From: Clytia hemisphaerica
Taxonomy: Eukaryota
Direction: 5' to 3'
DNA: 64,000 bases
Assembly (NCBI RefSeq): GCF_902728285.1
Contig: NW_027103286.1
Span: 3,228,497 to 3,292,496 of the forward strand
Of this stretch, positions 46,620 through 58,900 are shown piece by piece (within the stretch, counting starts at the first letter, position 1; each line of letters opens with the position of its first letter). Under the pieces are notes generated by a model that was not told where the DNA came from, made no database searches, and saw only the letters and a program-made list of their open reading frames with translations. Both the position numbers and the translations under genes were made by a program.

Positions 46620-47170
46620 GAAAAAGTATTTTAGGTTGAAATTTTAAGATACAGTATTTGAGTTAAAAAAACTTCAAAAAAGCAGTTTGTTTTGAAAATA
46701 GAATATCAACTTTCTTTTGGTTCACCAGAGTTTGTACATGTTTAAAATGCATTAATAGAAATTTTCCTTGCTCTCGTGACGATCATGAAAATTACCAAAA
46801 AAGGTTTGTTCACCATGCAAATATCGCGAAAATAGCCCAAATCATGTCTCGAATTATTTCCCGATCACGCATCACGCAATCGGCTGGGTACAACTTTTTA
46901 AAATTGAATCATAAAATGGCTAACTTTCTCATTCCCGGGAAAACATACCTGCCCCGTCTCCGGGATATTTTTGCTTCTAGGCGTCTCCGGCTAAAATCGG
47001 TGTTAAATCTACTTTTGTGGCGTTTTGGTCCTTTTCTTTTACACTAGCAATCGGAAAGTTTCGCTGGGAATAAGGAGGTTTAACAATCCTACGGTATGTA
47101 GTGTAAAAAACCTTTCGCTTGCGAACACGAGATTTTCGTATCGTGCGTAACCCCTTTTACAATTGATAGT
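46620..47170. repeat. Segmental duplicate B of 43040-43860.
   Basis: See 43040-43860. Confidence 0.7.
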
Positions 47171-47493
47171 ATTATACTACCTGAAATCGTCACGGTGTTA
47201 TTGATTATATGATCGGCAGCCTTTCTCTCTTGTAATAATAACTTTTGATTAGACCCGACTGTTTCATTGAGCGGGAGAAATCTACCATTTTGAATTTTAG
47301 AATACTTCTTTTTAAAATGCCGGTACCGACAAATAAAGCTAAAATGGTAGATTCTTACTGTGGTAGAGAATTTTTCAATTTGTTCTGTTTTTTAAAGTTC
47401 TCTAGTAGTTCAGGTTTTTTAGGGAGTTTCAAATGAATATAAAGCATTATTTTTGTATTTCAATACAAGGTTTTTCAAACATTTCAAATAATA

Positions 47494-47880
47494 ATGTCGA
47501 ATCAACAAAATATGATGATGCAACAGATGAACTTGTTGAAACAACCTCCTCAAAAAGATGTTGGATTTCTGCTGAATGAACTTAATCAGCAATATGAAAT
47601 CATCATGGCTGCTATGAAAAAAGTGCATCCACAATCAGCTAGTATGACAAAAGAACAAATTCAACAACACATTGCGAAAGCAGAAGAACTTATAAATACT
47701 TTGATTTTGGTTTTCAAAGAGCGAAATATTCTGGGATTACCAACGGATTATGACATCCAAAATATGGCAGCAAATTTAAAAAAGACAAATGACTCATTGA
47801 AACAGAACCTTAACCATGCTACAACAAGTGCGAGCATAATTTCGAAAGCTTTCATGACTGAATTACCGATAAATAGATGA
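47494..47880 (+). CDS. Hypothetical 128-aa protein with a Q/M-rich N-terminus followed by a predicted helical domain (MSNQQNMMMQQMNLLKQPPQKDVGFLLNELNQQYEIIMAAMKKVHPQSASMTKEQIQQHIAKAEELINTLILVFKERNILGLPTDYDIQNMAANLKK…).
   Basis: Clean ORF in unique (non-repeat) sequence with the codon usage of a real gene. I see no recognisable family, only a faint resemblance to SS18/SNH-type or Mediator-type helical modules. It could be one exon of a larger gene. Confidence 0.4.
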   Translation: MSNQQNMMMQQMNLLKQPPQKDVGFLLNELNQQYEIIMAAMKKVHPQSASMTKEQIQQHIAKAEELINTLILVFKERNILGLPTDYDIQNMAANLKKTNDSLKQNLNHATTSASIISKAFMTELPINR

Positions 47881-48076
47881 TCAAAAATAGAATGAAATAG
47901 ATTTTTGTGTAATAGTATGCTATTTCATTCTTGTGTTTTGATAGAACTTTTCTTAATCACGATGTCATGTTGGATAATTTAAAACCCCAGCATTAAAACG
48001 ATGACAAGACAAAAATTAGTTTCACTTTAACAAAATTTGTGCATAATTATGTTATTGTTTTGATGCTTGACTTTTT

Positions 48077-49080
48077 GGACCTACCTGGAGGTCCTATAAA
48101 TTAACCTGTGTTCGTCCGTCCGTCCGTCCGTCCGTCCGTCTGTTACCAACTTTTCTCGGGATTGAATCATAGGTATCTTTTGATTTTTGGTACAAAGGTG
48201 CAAAATGGTAGTGGTCAAAATGTGACGGAGCCCAATTTTCGAAAAAAAAAAATTTTGGGCAAATTTGGGCCAAAAAACGGCTAAAAAAATATTTTCGCAA
48301 AAAAATTTTGTTGGCTCAAAAACGCATGTTTATCTATAAGAACCACTATTAATAAGCATACATCAATGTTCTTAGTCAAATTACTCAATTTTTTATGAGG
48401 TAGATGTTTTTTTTGCTCATGAGGGCTTACCTTTGAAGAATATGTGTGTTTAGACAGGAAATTTTGGTTGCTTGGCGTGTTTTTAAAGAAAAACTGGTCA
48501 AATTCGTTATTTTTTTATAAGCACATTATCAATTACTTAGGTATTAGCTTTTCTCGAGATTGGCTCTTTCATTTTTTAAGATTATTTGCACAAAGATACA
48601 TAACTATAAACCCTTGAATGTGACGGAGCCCGATTTTCGAAAAAAATATTTTTGGGCAAATTTGGGCCAAAAACGGCTAAGAAACGGATTTTTTGGACTT
48701 TGTGAAAAATTGGATCATTAATTTTTTCTAATTTTTTGCATGAAAGTAGGGTACCATTATAGTTAAAAGATGGCTCAAGTAGATTTTTGCAAAAAAAATT
48801 TGTTGGCTCAAAAAACGCACGTTTATCTATAAGAATCACTATTAATAAGCATATCAATGTTCTTAGTCAAATAACTCAATTTGTTTTATGAGATAGATGT
48901 TTTTTTTGCTCACAAAGTCTTTAATACGAAAGAATATTTCAAGAGCATGCACGTTTTTCTATAAGAAACAAACGACTAATTTTAATAGATCGTCACTATT
49001 TGTGTTCTGAATGATTGTTTAATGTTCACGTCACGTAGATATCAATTATAAATGTGTTAAATGCATAACCAGGTAGGTCC
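48077..49080 (+). mobile_element. GGACCTACC-family TIR element, about 1 kb copy with an internal partial duplication.
   Basis: Termini GGACCTACCTGG at 48077 and CCAGGTAGGTCC at 49069-80. The (CCGT)n subterminal microsatellite is present. It is near-identical to 16102-16724. Confidence 0.65.
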
Positions 49081-49594
49081 ATAAAAGTCACTTGTTATTT
49101 ATTAGAAAGAATGTCAGTTTGTAGAAATATGGGTCTATTATATATTAATAAAAAGATACGCAAAAATAAAAAGTACACCCGAATTTTAATACTGAATTAA
49201 ATATCAGCATGAAAAATATCAGTACACATTTTTTACATAAAGCGAAACTTTGTATACTGTATCGTTATGGAGAATATTCTCTCGAAATAGCGTTCCGTTT
49301 TTCTTTAGGACAGACTGAAGTTGACTTTAAACTTTTGAAATTGTATTGATTTTGTCTGTAAAAATACTTCGCTTTCAATAAAACAACAACCAACCCAGTC
49401 CTCCCATACGTGCGTAATTTAAACGCTGTTTTAACTTTTCAACAGTCAATCCACAATTTCGTTTATGTTGCACCAATCTCGTACCCAGAACCACTTGCAC
49501 CTCAATTTGAAAGTTTCAAAATTTAAGCAAGAAATGTTCCGGATATGAAGCATTCAGACTTCCATCGTGCATCTACAATGAATCGAAGCATCTT

Positions 49595-49808
49595 TTAATA
49601 ATAGGGGTTCCAGTTACTCTCGTCTGCTGGTTGTAGCTCTCCAGTAACCAACAAAATAATATCAACAAACCACCAAATACCAGCTCCTCCGATGGTCAGT
49701 AGTTTACCAACTGCTGTACCTGTATGTCCTAGACAGAAACGATCCACGCCGAAGAATCCAACAAGTATCGAGTATAACAACGTCGTTACAAAATAATGAC
49801 CCGAATAC
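49595..49808 (-). CDS. TM2-domain protein, terminal exon encoding both TM helices and the DRF motif ([71 protein letters not shown]).
   Basis: Acceptor aattttgcag|GTATTCGG, phase-matched to the previous exon. Canonical TM2 domain (hydrophobic – DRF.LG – hydrophobic). Stop at 49595-97. It looks TM2D1-like. The signal-peptide exon was not located and is presumably upstream past the MITE at 51206-51832. Confidence 0.7.
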
Positions 49809-50891
49809 CTGCAAAATTAAAGTCGGAAATATGTGAAAATTGGTGCTCTTTGCACGTTGATACTGTATTTAATAAACCCCTGTCTCTCGGCGGCAATTTT
49901 TTTACACTTGATGTGCCGTATCGTCTTTAAATTTCCATGAAATTTTTTCAAAAGAAGTCCAAATATCACGAAACTAGCTTTGAATTCTGATTTAAAAATC
50001 CGTAATAATTAGAAATTTCCTTTTTACACCGGTCAATGGGGCAGCTCTTGAAAATAAGACTTGCAAATTATAACAAAATGGTTGTAAGTTACAATGTAAC
50101 AATTATTTGTTGAACCATGGAATAATAAAGAAAAACAAGAGTTGAATTTGTTGGTAATTGGTCGTCAAAGTCTTTTGATTTCTTTTATAAAATGTATCAA
50201 AAGAAATTCTAAGTTCGCCCGATGAAATACGACTTTTTAGTAGAACTTAAGTTTGCTCTGAATATTCTAACTCTACTAATATTGTATCATTATCTAAGAT
50301 TTCTACCCTTTTAATATACGATATTAAATAAAACTTAGCCACACGAGACAAGTTTTTGTTTAGTTTCGTTGTCCGTTAAATTTTGTTTTGAAAAGATATT
50401 TTCTTAAGCCAAAAAATGAAAGGTTCTTTATAAGCACAAACGATTTCAGACTCAATTTGTTAACAAAACGTCACTTGAAAATTTTGGAGGAAAGCATCAA
50501 GAAGTGCACTTTGAAGAAAGCATTGATCGAAAAATATTGTCATTTGATGAAGGATTGCCAAGTTTACAGGCCTTTTTTAAGTCCAAATATTTTCTTTCAA
50601 CGATGGCAGAAACAATGAATCTCGCCTCATCTAATTTCTAACACTTAATGAACCAATGAGATTTCACCTATTGACAAAAGAGCTCATCAAAAATGCATGA
50701 TATATACTCTCGGGTACCTAATAACCGCCCCCCCCCCACTTTTGATTTTTGGTAAACTGTTTTTGAAAGTTTCCTCTTTTGGCCTAATTCTGCTGTATTA
50801 GCCTCCTTTTCAAAAATCAAAAATGTTTCACCCAGGACATTTTTATTCTAACCCCCTGCTTATTAAGTTTTGAGATTTTTCTCATACTTAC

Positions 50892-51007
50892 TTAATGCAG
50901 GGTACGTTCCCACGGAGGAAAGTCCGACTTCCACAGCATTCAATACCATCCAATGCTTGACACCTCAACTTTGTAAACAGAACATCTTCGTGTTTTTGGC
51001 CTCCGTA
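50892..51007 (-). CDS. TM2-domain protein (TM2D family), Cys-rich ectodomain exon (YGGQKHEDVLFTKLRCQALDGIECCGSRTFLRGNVPCI-).
   Basis: Acceptor ctttttag|TACGGAGG. Donor ATTAA|gtaagta. Only one frame is open. The C.ALD.IEC.G.R.F...VPC pattern matches the N-terminal region of TM2D1/2/3. Confidence 0.5.
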
Positions 51008-51205
51008 CTAAAAAGAAGAAACAAAATGACTAGCATAATCATCAAGAGTGGCTGAAGCAAAGTCTTTTTGTTTGGACTTCATTAGAAAAAATTTTGGCTG
51101 ATATTTTTCAAATTTTGGACATTTCAAGACTAAAGTCACGACGAAGAGATTTCTCGCATTCTAGAGAAACTTAATTCTGAGTGTATTTAGACAGGGGAAA
51201 TAAAT

Positions 51206-51832
51206 ACAGTAAAACCTCTAATTAACGGACACTCTAAAAGGCGGACACCTCTGATTAGCGGACGATTTGATTTTCCCCGGCCGTTTCCTAGTCAAATCCT
51301 CATAAAAAAGTTTCTAAAAGGCGGACACTCAATTAGCGGACCCTCTAATTAGCGGACAAATTTTTTCGCACGAAATGGCCAAAACCCTTATTTCAGCTCT
51401 CCAATTAGCGGACATTGAATATCAAACGGGTCACAAACGTCCAAAATCGAGAAAAAATTTTTTAGATATTTTTATTTCAAGCACTTATTAGTCTTATTAT
51501 TCAAATTATTTCTACAAATTTCCAGTTTTCCCAGGTTTTCCCTTGATCCATTCAACGAATTGTATTTTCAATTTTGGTGTTATATTTCTAGATTTTCTTT
51601 CATTTGTTAAAAACTAACTTGTTGCGTTTTAATAACCTTTCTCTTGTTCTTCTATGACCTAGTGAATGCAGATAAGTACTTTAGACCCCAATTTTGTATT
51701 TTCGACACCCTGGGATGGCCTAATTTCAAAATTGGAGCTCCGAGATCAAAAGTTTCTAAAAGGCGGACACTTCTAATTAGCGGACACTAACCCCTTTCCC
51801 CGATGGTGTCCGCTAATTAGAGGTTCCACTGA
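51206..51832 (-). mobile_element. Second copy of the GTCCGCTAATTAG MITE, inverted relative to 25073-25688. It lies upstream of, or within, the TM2D gene.
   Basis: The reverse complement of this span aligns along its full length with 25073-25688. Confidence 0.65.
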
Positions 51833-53019
51833 GGTCCGGTTTGAGGGGTCGCTGTTTGAATTCTTAACCAGTTGGCAGAATTCTTAACCAGCTGGGAGAC
51901 GAGTTCTTTACCAGTTTTTAGTGTGAAATCTGATCCGTAAAATGAGCTCAAGCTGAATGTTTTACCAGCTTTAAAAACTGGTTAAGACTTCAACTAGCGA
52001 CTCCTCAAGCCGGACCTGATCCAATACCTTAACGGGGGAAAAAATATCAGAGTTTTATTTAGTCGGAGTTTTATCTAGTCGGGGTTTTTTTCGTAGGGAA
52101 AAAATTTCGTCACCTAGAGCCATTTTCGTCACTTTCCCCCGACCAAAATTTCAAATTCGTCACTTTTCCCCGACGAAATTTACAACTTAGTCACTTTCAC
52201 CCAACTAATAATTGTCCAAATGAAATGGTTTCCTTCATTAGCTCGAAAAAAGATCTTGTAATTCGACGTTTAAAGCACTAATTTCGGTTAATAAAGGTGT
52301 TTATAGCCCTGCAATACAACTGTCAATCATTTTTAAGAAAACTGATTGGATGATTAATGTCACGTGGCCGGTCAATATTAAGCAGTTATTGGACAAAGTC
52401 GAATCCAATATGCAAAAATGTTGGGCGTGCGAGAAAAGATATTGGACGAGGCTTCGCCGAGTCCAATATCTTTTCTCGTAGCCCCATATTTTTCATATTG
52501 GATGAGACTGCGTCCAAATAAATGGTTTATTATCCGTTCATCGCTAAAATATTTCTCGTTTTCAAACATAATTCTAATTTATAGAATAGGCTCATTTATA
52601 AGGCCACGCACAAACGTTTTTGGTCAAGGAATAGGTAACAAAGAGCTAAGAAAAATCAGATCATTTATTTTTTATAAATACACACAATCCATCAAAAAAA
52701 ATATTTCAAAAAGTATGTTTTGAAACCAAGTGTTTTCTCCGTTCTCTCTTTTTTCCTTTAATCCTAGGAAGCGTTTCTCTTTATAAAAATAATTTTACAT
52801 AAAAATATAGCAAGCTTTGTTTCGAAACTGCTGATGCAAGATTTAATTACAAAAAAATATAACATGATAGTTTTCGAGTGTTATGTATATTTAGTGCAAT
52901 CGGCTCTTGCATGTTGGAAATAATCTAAAATCATTCCTTTAAGAAGTCAATACCTTGACAGAGTAAAATTATACAAGTCATGGCAAAATAAAGGTCTCAT
53001 CATAATCATTGTTCACTTC

Positions 53020-53115
53020 ACTTACACATCACCTGCGTGGCCGAGTGGATAAGTCGATGAAACGGCAACTAGAGGGTAATAATTTCAGAGAGTTCGAATC
53101 CTATACGGTGCGACG
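53020..53115 (+). mobile_element. tRNA(Ser/Leu-like)-derived SINE head (CGTGGCCGAGTGGATAAGTCGATG…GAGTTCGAATCCTATACGGTGCGACGCGAAAATT).
   Basis: GTGGCCGAGTGG-TAAG-CG is the typical 5' half of a type-II tRNA but the remainder is degenerate. It shares a 3' tail with the 10040-10095 copy. Confidence 0.4.
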
Positions 53116-53384
53116 CGAAAATTGTGTTTTTTTGTCTGTTTTGTCAACATACACGGTATAAGGATTATTTTTTTATTTTACCCTAAAAACGAAATTTTTA
53201 CTGTACATTGTAGGTAGACGCTCTTATTTATTTCATTTTAAGGGACATAGTAGTGTTATACCAAAACGTTATTTGGTGATGAAGGAGAATTTAATTAAAA
53301 TTAAAATTGATCAAACTTTTTCTGGTTTTATGAGCTCTTGTTGATATTTTTGAAAATTTCCGTTAAAATTTTAAGAAACAAAAA

Positions 53385-53700
53385 TTGGGGGGGGGGGCAG
53401 TCAGGCAAATTGACCGACGCCGCGACGGGTATGTGCGGCGGTTAAGGGTATGTTTTCCAATTTATTTTATAATGCACTGTAAGGGTGGACTTTTAATAAA
53501 TGCACTGTAAGGGTGGAAATTTCAGCAAATCTGGGAAAAATTATTGCTCAAAAAATCTTGATTGCTCGAAAATCTTGATTTTTTTTGCTCTAAAAGAGTT
53601 TAAAATTTGACAAAAGCCAATTTTCGAAATTTTTATGCCGCACATACCGTCAATTGGTAACCCCCCCCCCCCCGGGAGTGTCACCTCAGCTCAATGCAGT
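53385..53700. mobile_element. MITE-like element with homopolymer termini (G11…C15) and sub-terminal inverted GGGTATGTGCGGC / GCCGCACATACC.
   Basis: It is related to 57300-57660, which is also poly-G/C flanked and carries GGTATGTGCCGCC. The ORF 57337-57666 is spurious. Confidence 0.4.
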
Positions 53701-54639
53701 TTGATTCAAGTACAGTATTTCAAAATGGATCAGGTTGGTTAGCGGGTGGAGAGTCAAGAGTCAAGAGTTTTATGACTTTCCCTTCTCTTGAAAATCCAAT
53801 GTTCCAAAACTTTCAACTAAAAAAATGCAAAAAAATCGTCTTTCGTCTTTTTTTATTATCTTATAAACACTTTTTTCAGAACCACAAGTGAAAAGAAAAG
53901 CAAAACTGACTGATTATGCTGCCAAAAAAGTGATTGACAGGTCTAGAAAATGATTGACAGGCCCGGGTTAGATATTTCCGTGAGCAATCTCGTTATATTT
54001 ATCAAAAAGTAATATACTTGTGGAAAGCCCAATTATTCTACTTTTTCGAATGCTGTGTCATGGAATTTTTTTAACAATTAAATAGAACGGGGTTTCCTCT
54101 GACGTAAACAAACCTCGAGTCCTATCCTGAAAATTGACATTGAGCGTAGAAAAAAAGACAAATGAAAGTATTTTCCTTTTTAATTCATATTTCCAATAAT
54201 TAAAGACTAACTTGAAAACACCAAGAGTGAAATGTAGCGAAATGCTTAGAACTCCTTGCGACTTAGAATTTTTTTTCAAAACTGAAAATTTGACCCCGGC
54301 TCGAACTACCAAAGTCTCTTGTCAATGATTCTGAGTCCGGCACGCTAGCAATGTACTATCGAGCCGATACAAAAACGTATACAAAATTGGTCAATTTAAA
54401 AATCCTTATAAAAACACTACTGCATATACGGGTGAACTGACCTCATGGGCTAGGCTAACTGTTTAGATCAATTACATACTCCAGGCTCCGTAAGGTTCCT
54501 TATTATAATTGAAAAAGCGTATACTAACAAACGATACGGAACTCGTGAGAGTGTTTTTAAACCGTTGTCTTTGTTTATCTTCACAAGATTTTGTTTATCT
54601 TTGCGACTTAGTTCTCGTTTTCGGCCTTTCGTCTACTCG

Positions 54640-54880
54640 TTTTCAGCCTATCACCTTCGATTTCAGCCTCCCGACTCCCGCCTCCCAGCTTTCGTTTTCA
54701 GCCTCCCGCCTCCCACTTTCAATTTCAGCCTCCCGCCTCCCACTTTCGTTTTCGGCCTCCCGCCTCCCACTTTCAATTTCAGCCTCCCGCCTCCCACTTT
54801 CGTTTTCAGCCTCCCGCCTCCCGTCTCCCACTTTCGATTTCAGCCTCCCGCCTCCCGGCTCCCGGTTCAGCCTCCCGAAA
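54640..54880. repeat. Minisatellite of about 30 bp, 8 units (TCAGCCTCCCGCCTCCCACTTTCGATTT).
   Basis: Tandem copies with small variations. All three ORFs across it (54509-54922, 54565-54891, 54643-54831) are repeat artefacts. Confidence 0.8.
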
Positions 54881-55595
54881 TTTCGGATTAGGTCTAAACC
54901 ACCATCATTAGAAGAACGTTAATTTAGACGTACAAAGCTATCGAAAGCAGAAACTTTCGTAAAGTCAAAAATACGCAGGTTGCAAAGTAAAAAGTCTGAA
55001 AACAAATCACGCTTTTACTCGAAATCTTTATGTGTTTGTTACATGACATTTATTTCTGATTGATTCGAATTTATTGACACTAATTAAAGTTATCAGCTGT
55101 AAGTTGTAAAGCAAGTAACATGGGGGGGGGGGTTCAAGGGGCACTGAATACCGAAATACCGGCAATATTTTCCCGAATTTCCATCAACTGAATTGTTGAT
55201 GAAATGAGGAGTAAGGGATACACTGTTTATCAGACGAACGATCTAATTTCCAAGTGCAAATAGCATAGAAGATAAAGTTTAATTACTGACAAAGTGCAAC
55301 CATGCTTTCTGTCGACCGAAGAAAATTTTGATTTCAACACTTTCTTATTTGGCTAAAAGCATTATGTTTTAGAATGGTTTTACTATTGTAACTAAGTACC
55401 TCAAAAAGCTCTTTTTATGGATAATTCTTTAGTTCTAATTTGAGAATTAGGCAGTACCTATCCCATCACCTTCCTTTGAGAAAAGGGCAATAACATGGTT
55501 GCTTGGCCAAGATTAGGGAGTCAAATCAAAAAAACATTTAAACAAAATAATGCGAGCGAAGAGAGCGCGAAAAATTTGTGCTAATTTACAGGTCC

Positions 55596-55990
55596 ACTAT
55601 GGGGCCGTCCACATAGTACGTACGCACTAAAATGTCGAAAATCGAGTACCCCCCCCCCCTGTACGCAAGCGTACGCAAATGGCTATACCCCCTGGTAAGT
55701 ATGTACTTTTTCATTCACCCCCTCCCCCTCGAATTCAAATCGTTCGGTTCGGACCTTTATTTCATACATGAAACTCAATGTTTATTAAGAAACTTTTTCT
55801 TTTCTTTGATGGGTATAAGAAGCGTAAAAATCGACAACAAAACAAGCAAAAAAGGGCTATGAAAATTTTTTCTCTGCGTACGTACATTTTCCTTTGACCC
55901 CTCCCCTCCCCCTGTACGCAAGCATACGTTTTTGAGAAGACCCCTCCCCCCCCCTTAGTGCGTACGTACTATGTGGACGGCCCCTATTGT
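55596..55990. mobile_element. MITE with TIRs of about 37 bp (CCACTATGGGGCCGTCCACATAGTACGTACGCACTAA) and internal poly-C plus CTGTACGCAAGCGTACG repeats.
   Basis: The termini are exact inverted complements. The ORF 55632-55862 lies inside it and is spurious. Confidence 0.6.
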
Positions 55991-58900
55991 GGCTAAAAGT
56001 GTGTTTTGTGATGTGAAATTAGGGAAAGGGACTCCAGATTGGTTTAGTCCGTCCGTCTGCCTTTGGATCAAATTCTACTCTAATAAAGAAAAAAGACATT
56101 TGTAAGTGCTTGAGAGAAGGTAGCACTTTATTTGTAAAAAGTCATTATTTAAAAGATAGTGGATTGACTATAACCACAAAAAAGTTGCCACTAGACTGAC
56201 TAGAGGTAGAGCTGTTTCTGACCCCAGAAGTTTGGGAGCTAAAGTGGTGCATACATACTGTGTCAAAACTGATCGTTTTAGAAAACATGGCTGAACATGG
56301 GTGTACTTTTGTAAAATTTAAGAACGTTTAGATTTTTGGAAGTCTCTTTATGTTATGAAGAAAACGGTTCGGAAAGATTTTAAAGTTACCGAAATACCGA
56401 AGTTTTACGAGTAAATACCGAAATACCAGAGCATTTTTAGGCAATTTACTGTAGCCGGCAGCATTTCAAATACCGGAATACCGTACTTTTTTCTTAAAAT
56501 ACCGAAAGACCGGACAGAAAAAAGGCCGATACCGTGTCACCATAAACCTTGACCCCCCCCCCCCTAACATGGGAATAAAATCACGTGAACTTTTTCAAGT
56601 AATCGCATGTTTTGACTGCATTGATATAATTTTGCAACCCGTGTATTCGTGAAATTTACTTTGAAGGACAGCATTTAAGGTATTTCTACAACCTTAAGTG
56701 TATGTAATTCCAATTTAGTACTCGCGAAAACAGGTTTCAGGAAACAGGAAAATGCCAAAGTAATACTAGCTGGTACTACTGTAGCAGTAATAATTCATAG
56801 CATTATACGCAGATATACTACGGTAAGTCCTCGATGATGATATCGCTCCGGTTCTTTGACACACCCCTGTATCAGTGACCCGGTCGTTCTGCCAGGTTCT
56901 GCCTCGGTAGATAAACCTACAGACACATTGAGATTATGAGATCTGAAAATCGGACCCGGTAAAAATTTTTATCACTGATACTGGGTTTTGATATGCATTT
57001 CCAAACTTTCTAATAAATCTGCTTACTTTATAGCATCCATAACCTATAGCTTCTCTTGTTGATTCATTAACATCAAGTAGTTTATCACAAATCACAAATT
57101 CTTCTGGCCTAAAAATGAAATTTTAAATTACTTTTAAGAATTTATATGCATCTCAGGTGACTTAAGACAAGTTCCCAAACATTATTTTGCATGGCAAAAA
57201 CTGCTTCCCATCATATTAACAAGAGGAAAGTGCTGGCTTGGTCAAAGATTTCAATAACTGATTTTGGCATTATGAAATACATAAAAAAGACACCTCAAAG
57301 TAAGATTCAAACCCGGGGGAGGGGGTAATTAGGCAAATGGAGGGTACGGTATGTGCCGCCCTTAAGCTTAAGGGTACCTTTTTTGGATTTCCAAAGTCTC
57401 GCTTAGGGTCAGAAATATCAGACAATCAAATTTCAGTCCCACTAAGGGTCGGAGAAATAGGAAAATTTCAACTTTTTACCCCCGGAAGGATCGAAATTTG
57501 GTCAAACTTGGTCAAATTTGTCCCGGTAAGGGTCATAAAATTCACAAAATTTTCCTTTGTTTTCTCCTTTTTAGTCCCGGTAAGGGTCCGAGGGTCGAAA
57601 GTCGGGCGGCACCCCCCATCAGCTTGCAACTCTAGTCCCCCCCCCCGGGATTCAAATGACATATGACAAATCTATTGATGCAATCAACATTAAAATTCTG
57701 AATGAATGGAAATGCATATAGGTATAATATTAAGATTCTGAAATATTAATTGAATAATTTTCATTAGAGGGTCACTTGATTGCTTGATTTGTCAATTTTG
57801 TCAAAAAGACCTCACTGACACCTACTGGACAATTTTGAATACGGACACTGTCAAAAAGAAGGTACAAAAAATGGCTGTTTTTGCACCATCTTTACACCCC
57901 TGACTAGTTTTGAAAATTACAGACTCACATAAATGTCTACTAGGCCCTACATTGATACCCATGGTTAAGTTAAAAGGTCTGTCTTCGGACCCATGCTGGT
58001 CCCGTAACTGTAAAAGGTATACTTAAAGAGACACATGCCTTTGAACTGTGGTCCTAAAAAGGACAATGAATTGTCCTAACTGAAAGGATAATGAGTTATC
58101 CAAGATCAATAAGTCTTGATAGGGTGCTCCGATCAAGTCAAAATTTGGTACACATGTAAAACATTATCCTACAACAAGATTCATAGTGTGCAAGGGGGTT
58201 CCAGGTCCCACCTGAAAATTCAGGTCCCACCTTATCCTAAAATTCCCACCTTCAGCCCAGACTCCCAGATCCAAGCTAAAAATACTTGTTCTTTCTTTTT
58301 TATAACTTGAATCAATATACAGTAGGGGAAATTGTTTACCGGAAGAAAATTTTTCTTAATACAAAACCCGTTTTTTGCTTTGTACATTACGGTCCGCAAA
58401 ACATTGTTCGTCAATATACGATTATGATTGTTAAAAATAATAGCAAAAATATTTCTTGCGTATTGTTCACATTATGTAAGTATAGTTTTTATCATTATTT
58501 TACTGTGGTAATTATTCGTATATGTATAGTTCCATTTTCTCAAAATACCTTATTACACTTATATAACTACTCATGTTATTAAAGCGAATTGCTTACCTCA
58601 CGTTAATTATTACAAATGTTTAAACAAAATTCGAGCCGTGGTTATTTTCGAAAACCCTGCCTTTCGCGTTAATAAATTCTTGCACTCATTTTACCTGCGT
58701 ACTTTTACTTGACTAGTCATATAAGTGTAATAAGGTAAGCAAAAGTAAAAAATAAATCATTCTTAAAGATATTTATTCAAACATCAAATGACCTGTAATA
58801 ATAAAAAGAAAAGTTTAGCATGGTAAAAAATTATTTATAAAATATATAAAAAAAATATATCATAAAATCTGAAAATAAGAAATTTTACTTTAAACTTTTC

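Noticed and set aside
54509-54922. Three overlapping ORFs (137, 108 and 62 aa) with repetitive SASRLPLS, LPPPTF and GRREAENES peptides
   Set aside because: All are translations of the 30-bp minisatellite in different frames or strands. There are no splice signals and no complexity.
57337-57666. 109-aa ORF
   Set aside because: It lies entirely inside a poly-G/C-bounded repetitive element. The opposite-strand ORF overlaps it. The composition is not protein-like.
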